The position numbers and the translations under genes were made by a program. DNA of 63,256 bases, filler included. It is 8 parts of 8 records of this genome, joined end to end, with 100 filler letters (N's around TTAATTAATTAA, not from the genome) between each part and the next. Parts side by side here need not be neighbours in the genome. Positions count along the whole stretch, not along the records: positions 28,250 to 37,783 come from SRR20825010_6636; positions 37,884 to 40,932 come from SRR20825010_6637; 6 more parts are not named here. One strand, written 5' to 3'. This document shows, one piece after another, positions 28,407 through 38,214 of the stretch. Position 1 is the stretch's first letter; every line of letters starts with the position of its first letter. The notes beneath the pieces are model-generated. The model had not been told where the DNA came from. It did not search any database and was given only the letters and a program-made list of their open reading frames with translations.

Positions 28407-30524
28407 TCACTTCACCGTCATGAGCACGTCGACGATGGCGGCTTCTCCGGAGCCGGCATGAATCATGACCGGGTTCAGATCGCAGGAGGTGATCCGGTCA
28501 CCGAGGTCGCGTGCCATCAGCGACAGGTTCGAGACCAGTTCGGCGAGCGGTCGTGTGTCGGTTTTGGCGATAAGGTTTCGGTAGCCGTCCATGCGCTTGC
28601 CCAGATTTGTCCTGGCGATGAGGGCTTGCGTGTCCGTCACTGTCAGCGGTGCCAGCCCCATGGCCAGGTCGTCCGTCAGCTCGACGAGCGTTCCGCCGGT
28701 TCCGACCATGACTTTGACGCCGAAGGGCGGTGAGGAAACGAAACCGGCGACGGCTTCGAGGTCACCGTGAACTTCCCGCTGTAGCTCGTAGCCGTCGATT
28801 TGGGCGTTGGGTGCGGCTGCCGAGACGTTCTGGGTAATCAGGGCGATCGCCGCTGACAGCTCATTCATGTCGCGCACGCCAAGCACGACGCCGCCGAGTT
28901 CCGAGCGATGAGCGATGTCCTTGGACGCGACCTTCACGACCAGTGGAAAGGCGATCTCGGCGTTCCGTTCCATCGCTTCCGCTGCGTTTTTGACGATCAG
29001 GGAGGGGGACGTCGGGATGCCGTAAGCCGTCAGGATCTCCAGGCAGCTTTCCGGTGTCAGCTGGGACCGGCCGCTTTCCAGTTCTTTCCGGATTAGGCTC
29101 AGGGCGCGGCTCTTTCGGGGCAGTGTCTGTGACGCCTCGGATGTTTCCACAATGTCCGTGCGCACGGCCGGGCGCGCTATCGTTCCAAGTCCGACGATGC
29201 CCTCGCGCAGTCCGCTGACAATCGGAATACCGTGATTCTCGAATTTCGCCCGGATGTCCGGATGGATCTCCTCCGAGGTGGCGGAGATCGCGACGATCGG
29301 TTTCGTCGCACCGAGAGCGCTTCGGCAATAAGCGTCGATCGGCGTGCTGTAGGACTCGAGCGACTTTTCGTGCAGTCCGGCTTGGCAATCCTGGATCACG
29401 GCCAGCATATCGATGCCGTCGTCATCGAGCATGGCCTTGACCGAACCGGCGATATCGCGGGCAGCCTCGTCCGTCACCGAGCCGAAATCGACCGGGTTTT
29501 GAGCCAGTGTGCCGGGAGAAACCTGATCCATCCGGCGTATCACGGTATCGCTGAAATGCGCCAGTTCAATGCCGGCTGTCGTGGCGACATCGCAGGCAAG
29601 CGCCGTCTGTCCGCCTGAAATACCGACGATCGCGAGCCTGCCCTTGCCTTGCTTTTGGCCATGGCGGGACAGGATCTCCAGGGCTGCATTCAACTCGTCG
29701 TAATCGGCCACGGTGGCGATGCCGTTTGCCTCGAAGAAAAGCCGATAGGTGTCCGCGTCGCTGGTCATGGATCCGGTGTGGGCGAGGGTGGCGGCCGATC
29801 CGATTGCGGAGTTGCCGACTTTCAGGATGACGAGGGATTTGCCGTTCTCGAATGCCCGGCGGGCGGCGCGGGCAAAGGCGTCCGGATCCTTGATCGCTTC
29901 CAGTACGATGCCGATTGCCGCCGTGTCGTCGTCCGTCGCCAGCCAGTTCATATAGTCGGCGGCGGTCAGCTGGAACTCGCTGCCGACGGTGATGATCTTC
30001 GAGATGCCGAACTCGGCCGAATTCATCAGCGTGATCGCGGCCGAGCCGGACTGTGCGATGAAGGCAACCTTGCCTGCCCTGATCTTGCTCGACGTCGTCG
30101 CCGGATAGAGGAACAGCCCGTCATTGAGGTTGATCAGGCCCATGCAGTTCGGCCCCTGGATATTCATGGCGCTTTCGGCGGCGATGGCGCGAAACGCATC
30201 CCCGTCCTCCTGCGAGAATCCGGAGGCAAAGAAGATCGCCGATTTCACGCCGCGTTCCTCAAGAGCCTGCGCCGTTTCAACGGCGGCGGCGGCGGGGACC
30301 GAGGCGATGGCAAGATCAACATTGCCGGGCAGGTCTTCGATGGCGGGCACGGTCGCCAGGCCCTGGATGGTTTCGGCGCTGCGATGGACCGGGATGATCC
30401 GGCTTTCGCAATCCCGGCTCAGTAAATTGTCGATAACGGCGTTACCCTGAGCTCTTTTCCTGGCGGACGCACCAATGACGGCGATTGTCGCCGGCCTGAT
30501 GAGAGACGAAACATCCCTGGTCAT
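28407..30524 (-). CDS. ADP-forming acyl-CoA synthetase (acetate-CoA ligase family, fused alpha/beta)
   Basis: IAVIGAS, GPNCMG, AQSG, phospho-His AHTG, NPVD, ATP-grasp HRSELGGV, DLNPV. Confidence 0.92.
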   Translation of the reverse strand: MTRDVSSLIRPATIAVIGASARKRAQGNAVIDNLLSRDCESRIIPVHRSAETIQGLATVPAIEDLPGNVDLAIASVPAAAAVETAQALEERGVKSAIFFASGFSQEDGDAFRAIAAESAMNIQGPNCMGLINLNDGLFLYPATTSSKIRAGKVAFIAQSGSAAITLMNSAEFGISKIITVGSEFQLTAADYMNWLATDDDTAAIGIVLEAIKDPDAFARAARRAFENGKSLVILKVGNSAIGSAATLAHTGSMTSDADTYRLFFEANGIATVADYDELNAALEILSRHGQKQGKGRLAIVGISGGQTALACDVATTAGIELAHFSDTVIRRMDQVSPGTLAQNPVDFGSVTDEAARDIAGSVKAMLDDDGIDMLAVIQDCQAGLHEKSLESYSTPIDAYCRSALGATKPIVAISATSEEIHPDIRAKFENHGIPIVSGLREGIVGLGTIARPAVRTDIVETSEASQTLPRKSRALSLIRKELESGRSQLTPESCLEILTAYGIPTSPSLIVKNAAEAMERNAEIAFPLVVKVASKDIAHRSELGGVVLGVRDMNELSAAIALITQNVSAAAPNAQIDGYELQREVHGDLEAVAGFVSSPPFGVKVMVGTGGTLVELTDDLAMGLAPLTVTDTQALIARTNLGKRMDGYRNLIAKTDTRPLAELVSNLSLMARDLGDRITSCDLNPVMIHAGSGEAAIVDVLMTVK

Positions 30525-30577
30525 CGTGACCTCTTTTTATACGGTTATGGTAAGGGGGCAGTCGCGGAGTGCCGGGT

Positions 30578-31492
30578 TCAGTCGCCTTCGAAGAACCGTT
30601 TGGCATTGTGATAGAACCACTTCTCCAGCACCGTCTCCTTCAGGGGAAGCTGGCTGTATTCCTCGACCAGTTCCTCGTAAGGACAGTCGAAGAGATAGCG
30701 TGACAACCCGATCATGATCTTGTTCTGCAGGCGACTGTTGCCGAACTGCATGAACATCTCCCAGCCGGCTCCGGCTTTCGCGAAATAGCGCGGCCGGTGG
30801 GCCGAGGTGTCGCAATAGAGATTCGGGTGGCGGGATAGCAGGCCCACCATGTCCGGGATCCACGGCCAGCCGCCCAGACCGGCGAGGATTTTCAGCTCCG
30901 GAAAGTCAATGGCGACCTGGTCGAGATGGCGCGGATGGCCGAGATCGTAGGGCCGGTCGTTGGCGTAGTTCATGCTGCTGTAGATCTTCACCGGCACGTT
31001 CAGCTCGACGCATTTGGCATAAAGCGGATAGTAGCGCCGGTCGCTGGCTGGCAGGCAGTTGGTGAGCGCGGTCACGCGAAAGCCGTTTGCCCCGTCTGCT
31101 CTCACTAGACGCTCGAGCTCTCTGACCCCGCGCATGCCGTCCATTGGATCGATCAGGGCGAACATCTTGAAGCGGCCGGGATATTTGCGATGGATGTCGC
31201 CGATCTCGCTGTTCAGCATATTGCACATGAAGCCGTATTCGACGTTCGCCCGGTCCATGTCGGCGATGATCGACGCAAACTTCTGGTCGCGTTCCTCCTG
31301 TGTGTAGGAACGCGTCGCCGAGCCTTTCGAGCCGCCGCCGAAAACGGTGCTGTAATTGTCGAAGCCATATCCCTCGGGCCGGTCCAGCGGCTCTCCCATC
31401 GGGGTGCCGGGACGGCCCCTGCCGATCTCCTGGGCCTGCAGGGCAGCCTCGGAAAGCGGAGCCTCGATCTCCATATCGATGATGGGGTGCAT
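30578..31492 (-). CDS. Amidohydrolase_2-family TIM-barrel protein with non-canonical metal site
   Basis: YYPLYAKCVELNVPV, DFPELKI, GGWPW, HPNLYCDTS, NAKRFF; GGAGGG RBS. Confidence 0.85.
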   Translation of the reverse strand: MHPIIDMEIEAPLSEAALQAQEIGRGRPGTPMGEPLDRPEGYGFDNYSTVFGGGSKGSATRSYTQEERDQKFASIIADMDRANVEYGFMCNMLNSEIGDIHRKYPGRFKMFALIDPMDGMRGVRELERLVRADGANGFRVTALTNCLPASDRRYYPLYAKCVELNVPVKIYSSMNYANDRPYDLGHPRHLDQVAIDFPELKILAGLGGWPWIPDMVGLLSRHPNLYCDTSAHRPRYFAKAGAGWEMFMQFGNSRLQNKIMIGLSRYLFDCPYEELVEEYSQLPLKETVLEKWFYHNAKRFFEGD

Positions 31493-31886
31493 TTTCTCTC
31501 CCTCCTGACGTTTCTTGAAGGGGCTGTCCCTGATAACCTGCTTTGGAGGTTATCTGGAAAAGCTCCATTGATTTTTTCTTTGAGCCCGATTTTTAAGGCT
31601 GTTTCAGCTTGAGCGAACGCTCATCTGGAAGACTTTTGTATCAGGAAACAAGTCTGGCAGCGTGGAGGAATTCGGGAACGCGCATCGCCAGCAGCCTGAG
31701 AATATCAACATGCAGGTGCGAGGGTTTCTGTCGATGCTCGGGGAAATCCGCGAACCCGTACTGTGGATTTTTGTTAAGTGTTTAAGTTTATTGAGAAACA
31801 AGAAGTCATGATGGAGTTCGATACTTCATTGCTGCTCGCCTAAAGTGTCCTTCATGGCAAGATACTGTTCCGGTATTCAGACTGAA

Positions 31887-32993
31887 TTAACGGGGATAGA
31901 CGCGCGCCGCTTCGAGGGAGCTTTCATCTATCGGGATGCCAAGCCCGGGGGCGTCCGGAACACTCATATAGCCGTCAACGGGTGTCTGCACTGTGCCACT
32001 GATGCAGCGAATGATCGACTCGTGGCCCTCGTGATACTCCATCGCCCCATGCTCCAGAGCACCCGCCATCAGGTGCAGGTTGACGAAATCCCAACCGCCG
32101 GCGGGACAGATCTCGCGGCCGTGCAGTTCTGCGAGGCGGATAACGTCGATCGCTTTCGAAAAGCCGCCGGCGAAGACGGCATTGGGCTGGATGACGGAGA
32201 CACCGCCTTGCCGGATCAGTTGTTCGAACCGGTATTCCGATTGTTCCATCTGGCCGGCGCCGACGGGGCAATCTATTTCGCCGGTCAGCTCCGCCAGTTG
32301 GCGCGGGTCATTGTCGCGCAGGGGTTCTTCCAGCCAGGTCAGCCGGGCGCTCGAGGCCGCATGGGCAAAGTTGCGCGCGGTTGTGAGGTCGAAGCCGCAA
32401 TTGGCGTCCGCGATCAGGTCCGCGTCCGGGCCGATGGCCTCGCGCACGGCAAGGGTGCGCTCGGCATCCTCCTGCCAGGAACGCCCCTTGGCGGCGATGA
32501 CGACCTTCACGCCCGCTCCGCCGCTGTCGATGGCGTATCTGGCGGCTTTCTGCAGGTCGTCGACAGTCAAATGCGGCAGGCCACAGGTGACATGTACGGG
32601 AACCCGGTCGCGCTTGCCGCCGAGAAGGGCGGCAATGCTTTTACCTGCGGCCTTCCCCTGTAGATCCATCAGCGCGATTTCCAGCGCGGAGTGGGCGCTG
32701 ACCACCACGCCCGTCATGGCGCGGGGATTGAAACGACGCCCGGTTCGTTCCGGCAGCTCGGGATTGAGCGGATCTTCCCCGATGATGGCTTCGGCAACCG
32801 AATGGTTCAGAAAATGCGCGACCTCGGCCGCGAGGAACCGTCCGGTGAAGCCGTTGCCGGAGAGGCCGTGGTCCGTATCGATATGGCAGCGAACGAAGAC
32901 CGGACCATCGGTGCCGGCATAGGTTGCCTTGTTTTCCTGTTCGCCGGCCATGATCGGCCGATGGACGCTGGCTGTGATGTTGGTGATCTGCAT
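31887..32993 (-). CDS. Mandelate racemase/muconate lactonizing (enolase superfamily) enzyme
   Basis: SALEIALMDLQGK, LLGG, DAN, WLEEP, PDAPGLG. Confidence 0.9.
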   Translation of the reverse strand: MQITNITASVHRPIMAGEQENKATYAGTDGPVFVRCHIDTDHGLSGNGFTGRFLAAEVAHFLNHSVAEAIIGEDPLNPELPERTGRRFNPRAMTGVVVSAHSALEIALMDLQGKAAGKSIAALLGGKRDRVPVHVTCGLPHLTVDDLQKAARYAIDSGGAGVKVVIAAKGRSWQEDAERTLAVREAIGPDADLIADANCGFDLTTARNFAHAASSARLTWLEEPLRDNDPRQLAELTGEIDCPVGAGQMEQSEYRFEQLIRQGGVSVIQPNAVFAGGFSKAIDVIRLAELHGREICPAGGWDFVNLHLMAGALEHGAMEYHEGHESIIRCISGTVQTPVDGYMSVPDAPGLGIPIDESSLEAARVYPR

Positions 32994-33021
32994 TTGGGCG
33001 TGCCTCGGTCTCAGAAAAGCA

Positions 33022-33046
33022 ACGGGGCGGCTCGAAGCCGCCCCGT
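33022..33046 (-). terminator. GC-rich hairpin after tctA
   Basis: ACGGGGCGGC-TCGAA-GCCGCCCCGT; followed on the minus strand by TGCTTTT. Confidence 0.6.
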
Positions 33047-33057
33047 GAAGATAATGT

Positions 33058-34563
33058 TTAGCCCTGGGCTGCGTCAGCAGCCTTGCGTTCCTGTCGCCGG
33101 GTTCGGAACAGGGTAACCAGCGGCCAGACCATCGAGGCGATGGTCAGCACCAGGAAGGTCACGACGATCGGCCGTTCCAGGAAATGGAACCAGTTATGAT
33201 CGAAGATGATCAGTGCCTGTTTCAGGCTGTTTTCAACCAGCTCGCCCAGGATAAGGCCCATGATGATCGGCGCAGCCGAGAAACCATAGCGCTTCAGCAC
33301 AAAGCCGAGCAGACCGGCCAGCACCATGATCCAGACATCCATGATCGACTGGTCCATCGCGTAGGCGCCGATGGATGCCAGGACGAAAACGGCGGGCCAG
33401 AGATATTCGATCGGGATCAGTGTCACCCGGGCGAAGAGCTTTGCACCGGCGAAGCCGAAAGCGGCAAAGGCGAAGTTCGCCACCAGCATGGACAGGAAGA
33501 TGGCGTAGAGCAGGCTCGGCGTCTCGATGAAGAGATGCGGGCCCGGCCGCAGGCCATGCACCAGCAGGGCACCGAGAATGATGGCCGTGGTGGCGCTGCC
33601 GGGGATGCCGAGAGCCAGGGTCGGCACCATGGCGGCACCGGTGGCCGCGTTGTTGGCCGCTTCTGGGCCGGCAATGCCGCGAAGGTCGCCCTTGCCGAAC
33701 TGGCTCTTGTCCTTGGCCCAGCGTTTCGCCTCGTTATAGCCGATCATGGCCGCAACGGTGCCGCCCTCGGCCGGAAGCAGACCGATGAAGGAGCCGATGC
33801 CGCAGGAGCGGCAGATGGTGCCGAAGCAGCGTTTGAAATCGTTCCAGCCAGGCAGTTTGACCGCATCGAAAACGGCCCGTACACGGCCTTCCTTCAGTTT
33901 AGAGGCCTGGGTCAGGAACTCACAGCCGGCAAACAGGCCGATCATCACGGGGATGAAGTGAACGCCTTCCGTCAGTTCCCAGAAGCCGAAGGTAAAACGC
34001 TCGACGCCGGTCGTGAAGTCCATACCGATGGTGGCCAGAAGGACACCGAAGGCACCACCGATCAGGTTCTTCAGGGCTGACTCGCCGCTGATGGTCGCCA
34101 GCATGGAGAGCCCGAAAAGCGACAGGGCGAAATATTCGGGTGGACCAAAATTGTAGGCAACGCGCGACAGCAGGGGAGCTGCGACGATCAGCACAACGAT
34201 ACTGAAAATCCCGCCGATCACGCTGCTGACCGCGGCCATGCCGAGCGCCATACCGGCTTCTCCCCGCTGTGCCAGGGGATAACCGTCGAATGCCGTTGCC
34301 GCTGCGGGCGGTGCGCCGGGGGCATTGACGAGGATAGCAGTGATCGAGCCACCGAATGTGCCCGCGCAGTAAAGCGCGCTCAGCAACGAAATCGCCGGGA
34401 TCGGATCCATGGTTAGGGTGAAGGGCAGCAGCAGGGCCGTTGCCATTGTCGAGCTCAGGCCAGGCATAGCTCCGACCAGGACACCACCAAGGGTTCCGAT
34501 CAGGATGACCATGAGCAGGTAGGGGTCAGAGAACGCCGAGAGGGCGGTGAGGAACGCATCCAT
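33058..34563 (-). CDS. tctA: Tripartite tricarboxylate transporter large permease
   Basis: GAMPGL, GGSITAIL, TAFDGYP, PEAANNA, LGIPGS. Confidence 0.95.
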   Translation of the reverse strand: MDAFLTALSAFSDPYLLMVILIGTLGGVLVGAMPGLSSTMATALLLPFTLTMDPIPAISLLSALYCAGTFGGSITAILVNAPGAPPAAATAFDGYPLAQRGEAGMALGMAAVSSVIGGIFSIVVLIVAAPLLSRVAYNFGPPEYFALSLFGLSMLATISGESALKNLIGGAFGVLLATIGMDFTTGVERFTFGFWELTEGVHFIPVMIGLFAGCEFLTQASKLKEGRVRAVFDAVKLPGWNDFKRCFGTICRSCGIGSFIGLLPAEGGTVAAMIGYNEAKRWAKDKSQFGKGDLRGIAGPEAANNAATGAAMVPTLALGIPGSATTAIILGALLVHGLRPGPHLFIETPSLLYAIFLSMLVANFAFAAFGFAGAKLFARVTLIPIEYLWPAVFVLASIGAYAMDQSIMDVWIMVLAGLLGFVLKRYGFSAAPIIMGLILGELVENSLKQALIIFDHNWFHFLERPIVVTFLVLTIASMVWPLVTLFRTRRQERKAADAAQG

Positions 34564-34584
34564 CAGGTTGAACCAATCTGATCG

Positions 34585-35073
34585 CTAGAAACCGAGAATG
34601 CCGGCATCGAAATGCACGTCGAGGCCTAGGGCGAAGAGCGCGTAGACCGCGCCGGGAAAAAGGACGGCAAAGGGAATGATCGCGTGCCAGCGCCGCTCGC
34701 CCCAGAGAATAGGCATGCAGAAGCAGAAGAAGACCATCGCGACGATGAATCCCAGATTTGCAAAGGCAAGCACGAAGGCGACCATCATGGCACCCGTCAT
34801 GAGGACCATTGCAGGCACCGGTTTCCCGGCCCGGGAATCCTTGCGGAAGGATATGGCCATCAATGCCACGGCAAGCACGGCGATGACGGAAGCGACCAGG
34901 CGCGGGAATGTCGCCGGCTGTACGTTTTGTGCAACAGCAGCGGGCGCTTCGGCAAAGCCGAGTGTGATCCAGTAGGTGATTGCGCAAAACACCACGATAC
35001 AGAGACCGATGATGAAGTCGCGCGGTAACCGGGCTGCGTGAGCAGCCCGGTCAACGGTGGTTTTGTCTGACAT
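34585..35073 (-). CDS. tctB: Tripartite tricarboxylate transporter small permease
   Basis: Multi-TM protein with PATFP motif, located between tctC and tctA. Confidence 0.88.
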   Translation of the reverse strand: MSDKTTVDRAAHAARLPRDFIIGLCIVVFCAITYWITLGFAEAPAAVAQNVQPATFPRLVASVIAVLAVALMAISFRKDSRAGKPVPAMVLMTGAMMVAFVLAFANLGFIVAMVFFCFCMPILWGERRWHAIIPFAVLFPGAVYALFALGLDVHFDAGILGF

Positions 35074-35080
35074 GATGTCC

Positions 35081-36076
35081 TCAGAGCATACCGAGTTCGG
35101 TTAGCGCCGTGGTGCTTTCGTCATAGATACGCCGGATTTCGGCATTCCATTTCTCTGCACCGACGACGCTGGATTTGGGCATGCCGCCGGAGGCGAGATA
35201 GCCCTGATAGACGCCATGCTTCATTGCCTTCACGAGGCCGTTGCTCAGGACGTCGACGCGGTCCTGCGGAACGCCGGAAAGGCAGGCAAAACCGCGTACG
35301 GTTGATGCCAGGGCGTTAACGCCGGCATCGCGAGCGGTCTTGACGCCGTCGAGAGCATCAATCGGCTCTTCGGAGAGACTGACGATCGGGCGGAATTCGC
35401 CGGAACCGTACTGGGACTCGCCTTCGGCATAGTTCAGCAGAGCGACTTCGATATTGCCCGATACCAGGTTGGTGACGATGTCCCCGCCGCCCTTGAAGGG
35501 AACGATGGTGTAGGGGATGTTGCCGGCTGCTTTGCAGAAATTATGAATGCCAACATGATCGGCGCCGCCGGCGAAGGTGGTGCCCCATTTCAGGCCACCC
35601 TTTTTGTCCTTCGATGCTGCAATCACATCATCCAGGGTCTTCAATTTGCTGTTGGAATTAACAGTCAGGACCGTCGGATCGTCCGTGGCACGCGCCAGGC
35701 CGACCAGCTCTTCGATCTTCAGCGGCACTTTTTTCTGGATGATCTGGAAAATGTGCGACTGGGTGATGGTCATGAAGGTATAGCCATCACGGGGGCGCGA
35801 GTTCGTGTACATCAGCGCGGCTGAACCACTGCCGCCGCGCTTGTTCACGACGACCAGATCCTGGCCAAATTCCTTACGGGCACGCAGCATCATCATACGG
35901 GTGGTGATGTCGGTACCGCCGCCAGGACCGGCATGGGTCACGACGTTCAGGGTTTCCTCGGGGAAATCCGCGGCGAATGCCTTGCTGCCGAAGCCAGCCA
36001 TGGTGGCACCGGCGGCGCCAGCCAGTGCGGCGGACTTCAGAAAGTCACGGCGATTAAAGAAAGCTGAATCGGACAT
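35081..36076 (-). CDS. tctC: TTT substrate-binding protein with Tat signal
   Basis: NRRDFLK twin-arginine signal, PGGGTD, DGYT, VPFKGGG; ATG 36076 with GGAGGA RBS. Confidence 0.92.
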   Translation of the reverse strand: MSDSAFFNRRDFLKSAALAGAAGATMAGFGSKAFAADFPEETLNVVTHAGPGGGTDITTRMMMLRARKEFGQDLVVVNKRGGSGSAALMYTNSRPRDGYTFMTITQSHIFQIIQKKVPLKIEELVGLARATDDPTVLTVNSNSKLKTLDDVIAASKDKKGGLKWGTTFAGGADHVGIHNFCKAAGNIPYTIVPFKGGGDIVTNLVSGNIEVALLNYAEGESQYGSGEFRPIVSLSEEPIDALDGVKTARDAGVNALASTVRGFACLSGVPQDRVDVLSNGLVKAMKHGVYQGYLASGGMPKSSVVGAEKWNAEIRRIYDESTTALTELGML

Positions 36077-36197
36077 TCTATTCCTCCATTGTCCTACTCG
36101 TCTTAAGATCACACCGGGGGATGCCCCATAACGGGACTGCCTTTGGTGCGTTGGTAATTGAAGAGCCCGTCTCAAAAAGAGCGGGCGAAGTGGTAGG

Positions 36198-36899
36198 TTA
36201 AGGGTCCGTCTTGGAGAGACCTGACGGGTCTTCGGTCAGCGTGCCAAGGAAACGTTTACATCCCTGTTCGATGTGAATACGGCCAGCTTCGCGGGCTGCG
36301 TCGGGATCTCCGCCGGCGATGCCGTCCAGAATTGTCTCGTGTTCCTTCACGGACTCCTCGATGTTCGGCACATTCGACAAACCGCGCCGCCGGAACAGGT
36401 GCATTTCCTTCACGACGCTATGATAGACATCGGTTGCGCGCTGGTTGCCGGAATGGTCGATAATGGCGAAATGGAAGTCGACATTCAGGCGGTAGTAAGC
36501 CTCTTTGTCGTCACAGGCGAGAGCCGCCCGCATCGCACTCATATTCTCGCGCAGGAGAGCCACGGTCCCGGCATCATGCCGGCGGGCAACTTCCTGACAG
36601 GCGAGGGCAAAGAGAGCACCGCGTAACGCGTAGAGGTTCTTGACCTCGTCAAGACCGATGGTGCGCGCGACGGCGCCGCGGTTTGGAAGAATTTCCACCA
36701 GGCCGGATTGCCCCAGGCTGCGCAGGGCTTCTCTTACGGGGCCGCGGCTGACGCCAAGTTCTTCCGCAATCTGTGCTTCTCCAATCCGAGCCCCGGCAGC
36801 GATTTCGCCGGTCAACACACGCCTCTCGATCTCACGTTCGACGTGAGTCGTCAGAGTCGCGTATTCGCGAGCGTGGAATGGTTTATTCTGCATTGCCAT
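36198..36899 (-). CDS. GntR (FadR/FCD) transcriptional regulator
   Basis: LGVSRGPVREAL HTH; FCD NVDFH...EHETI. Confidence 0.93.
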   Translation of the reverse strand: MAMQNKPFHAREYATLTTHVEREIERRVLTGEIAAGARIGEAQIAEELGVSRGPVREALRSLGQSGLVEILPNRGAVARTIGLDEVKNLYALRGALFALACQEVARRHDAGTVALLRENMSAMRAALACDDKEAYYRLNVDFHFAIIDHSGNQRATDVYHSVVKEMHLFRRRGLSNVPNIEESVKEHETILDGIAGGDPDAAREAGRIHIEQGCKRFLGTLTEDPSGLSKTDP

Positions 36900-36921
36900 C
36901 TTTTTTATGTGCGTTTCCTCG

Positions 36922-36964
36922 TTTTGTCGACAGTAAATAGTTGAAATGCAGATTGTCAACAATC
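36922..36964. promoter_or_regulatory. Candidate GntR operators in the divergent promoter
   Basis: Near-palindrome GATTGTCAACAATC 36951-36964 and related TTGTCGACAG 36924-36933. Confidence 0.65.
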
Positions 36965-37072
36965 AACAAAATACATATTGTCCGGGAACTTCCTAATTCG
37001 CTGCCGCATCATTCGCAGCGCCCTGCTAACAGGGATCCAAGCTATTGAGAAACCGGAGGAAAGTGTTCAAAA

Positions 37073-37783
37073 ATGGGCATTTCTCATGCCAGTACGGTAC
37101 TGAATAAATACAAGGTTCTTGATCTGACGCGGGTGCGCTCAGGCCCAACTTGCGTACGGCAATTGGCCGATTGGGGTGCCGATGTCATCAAGATCGAGAT
37201 GCCGGCGACGGACAATGCCGGGCAACTTGGCGGCCCCCGTGAAGGCGCCGATTTCCAGAATCTTCATCGCAACAAGCGCAGTCTGACCCTTAATCTGAAA
37301 GACAAGCGCGGCCTTGAGGTCTTCCGGAAACTCGCCCGTGAGGTCGATGTCATTGTCGAGAATTTCCGGCCAGATGTGAAAAACCGGCTGGGTATCGATT
37401 ATGAAACCCTGTCCAAGGACAATCCGGGGCTGGTCTATGCCTCGATTTCCGGATTTGGTCAGGACGGGCCGCTGGCCAAGCGTCCCGGATTCGATCAGAT
37501 CGCGCAGGGCATGGGCGGCTTGATGTCGATTACCGGCAATCCGGGTGAAGGCCCGATGCGGGTCGGTATTCCGATTGCCGATCTGACGGCGGGGATCTTC
37601 TGCTCGCAGGCTATCCTGCTGGCACTTCTCGAGCGTGAGCAGTCCGGCAAGGGACAATGGGTGCAGACCTCTCTTCTGCAGGCCCAGGTTTTCATGCTGG
37701 ATTTCCAGGCCGCGCGCTGGCTGGTCGATGGCGATGTGCCGAAGCAGGCCGGAAACAACCACCCGACCAGCATCCCGACCGGC
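37073..37783 (+). CDS. CaiB/BaiF family III CoA-transferase, 3'-truncated
   Basis: VLDLTRVRSGP, GADVIKIE, RNKRS, ENFRP, catalytic IADL. Confidence 0.95.
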
Positions 37784-37883
37784 NNNNNNNNNNNNNNNNN
37801 NNNNNNNNNNNNNNNNNNNNNNNNNNNTTAATTAATTAANNNNNNNNNNNNNNNNNNNNNNNNNNNNNNNNNNNNNNNNNNNN
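37784..37883. other. Artificial contig spacer
   Basis: N44-TTAATTAATTAA-N44. Confidence 0.99.
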
Positions 37884-37884
37884 C

Positions 37885-38142
37885 TACTATCCATCTTCCC
37901 TCTCCAAACCGCGTCCCCTGGAGCCAGTCGTGGAGAAGGAGTACAGGTCGCTTCGTCGAAGTGAGTCGTGGGACGACCGTGCTTCATCCATGTTCCGCGC
38001 GGCCGCGGAGGCTCTCGAGATCGAGGATTATCCGTTCGAGTTGTTGCATGACTCGCGTTGCCTCACGAGACAGCAACTTCGTGACTTCCTCGAGTTGCTG
38101 ACGAGGAAGTACGAGGCGGAGTCGACGAGCGCTGGTAGCTGA
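37885..38142 (+). CDS. Hypothetical protein, 3' fragment
   Basis: Frame open from the contig edge to TGA 38142, convergent with sbcC; no recognisable motif. Confidence 0.4.
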   Translation, partial: YYPSSLSKPRPLEPVVEKEYRSLRRSESWDDRASSMFRAAAEALEIEDYPFELLHDSRCLTRQQLRDFLELLTRKYEAESTSAGS

Positions 38143-38214
38143 GTGCCGATGTCTCGCGTCGATGGCGGTCTCCGCTGTGACCGAGAGCGTCTGCTCAGGT
38201 CGCTCACGTGAGAC

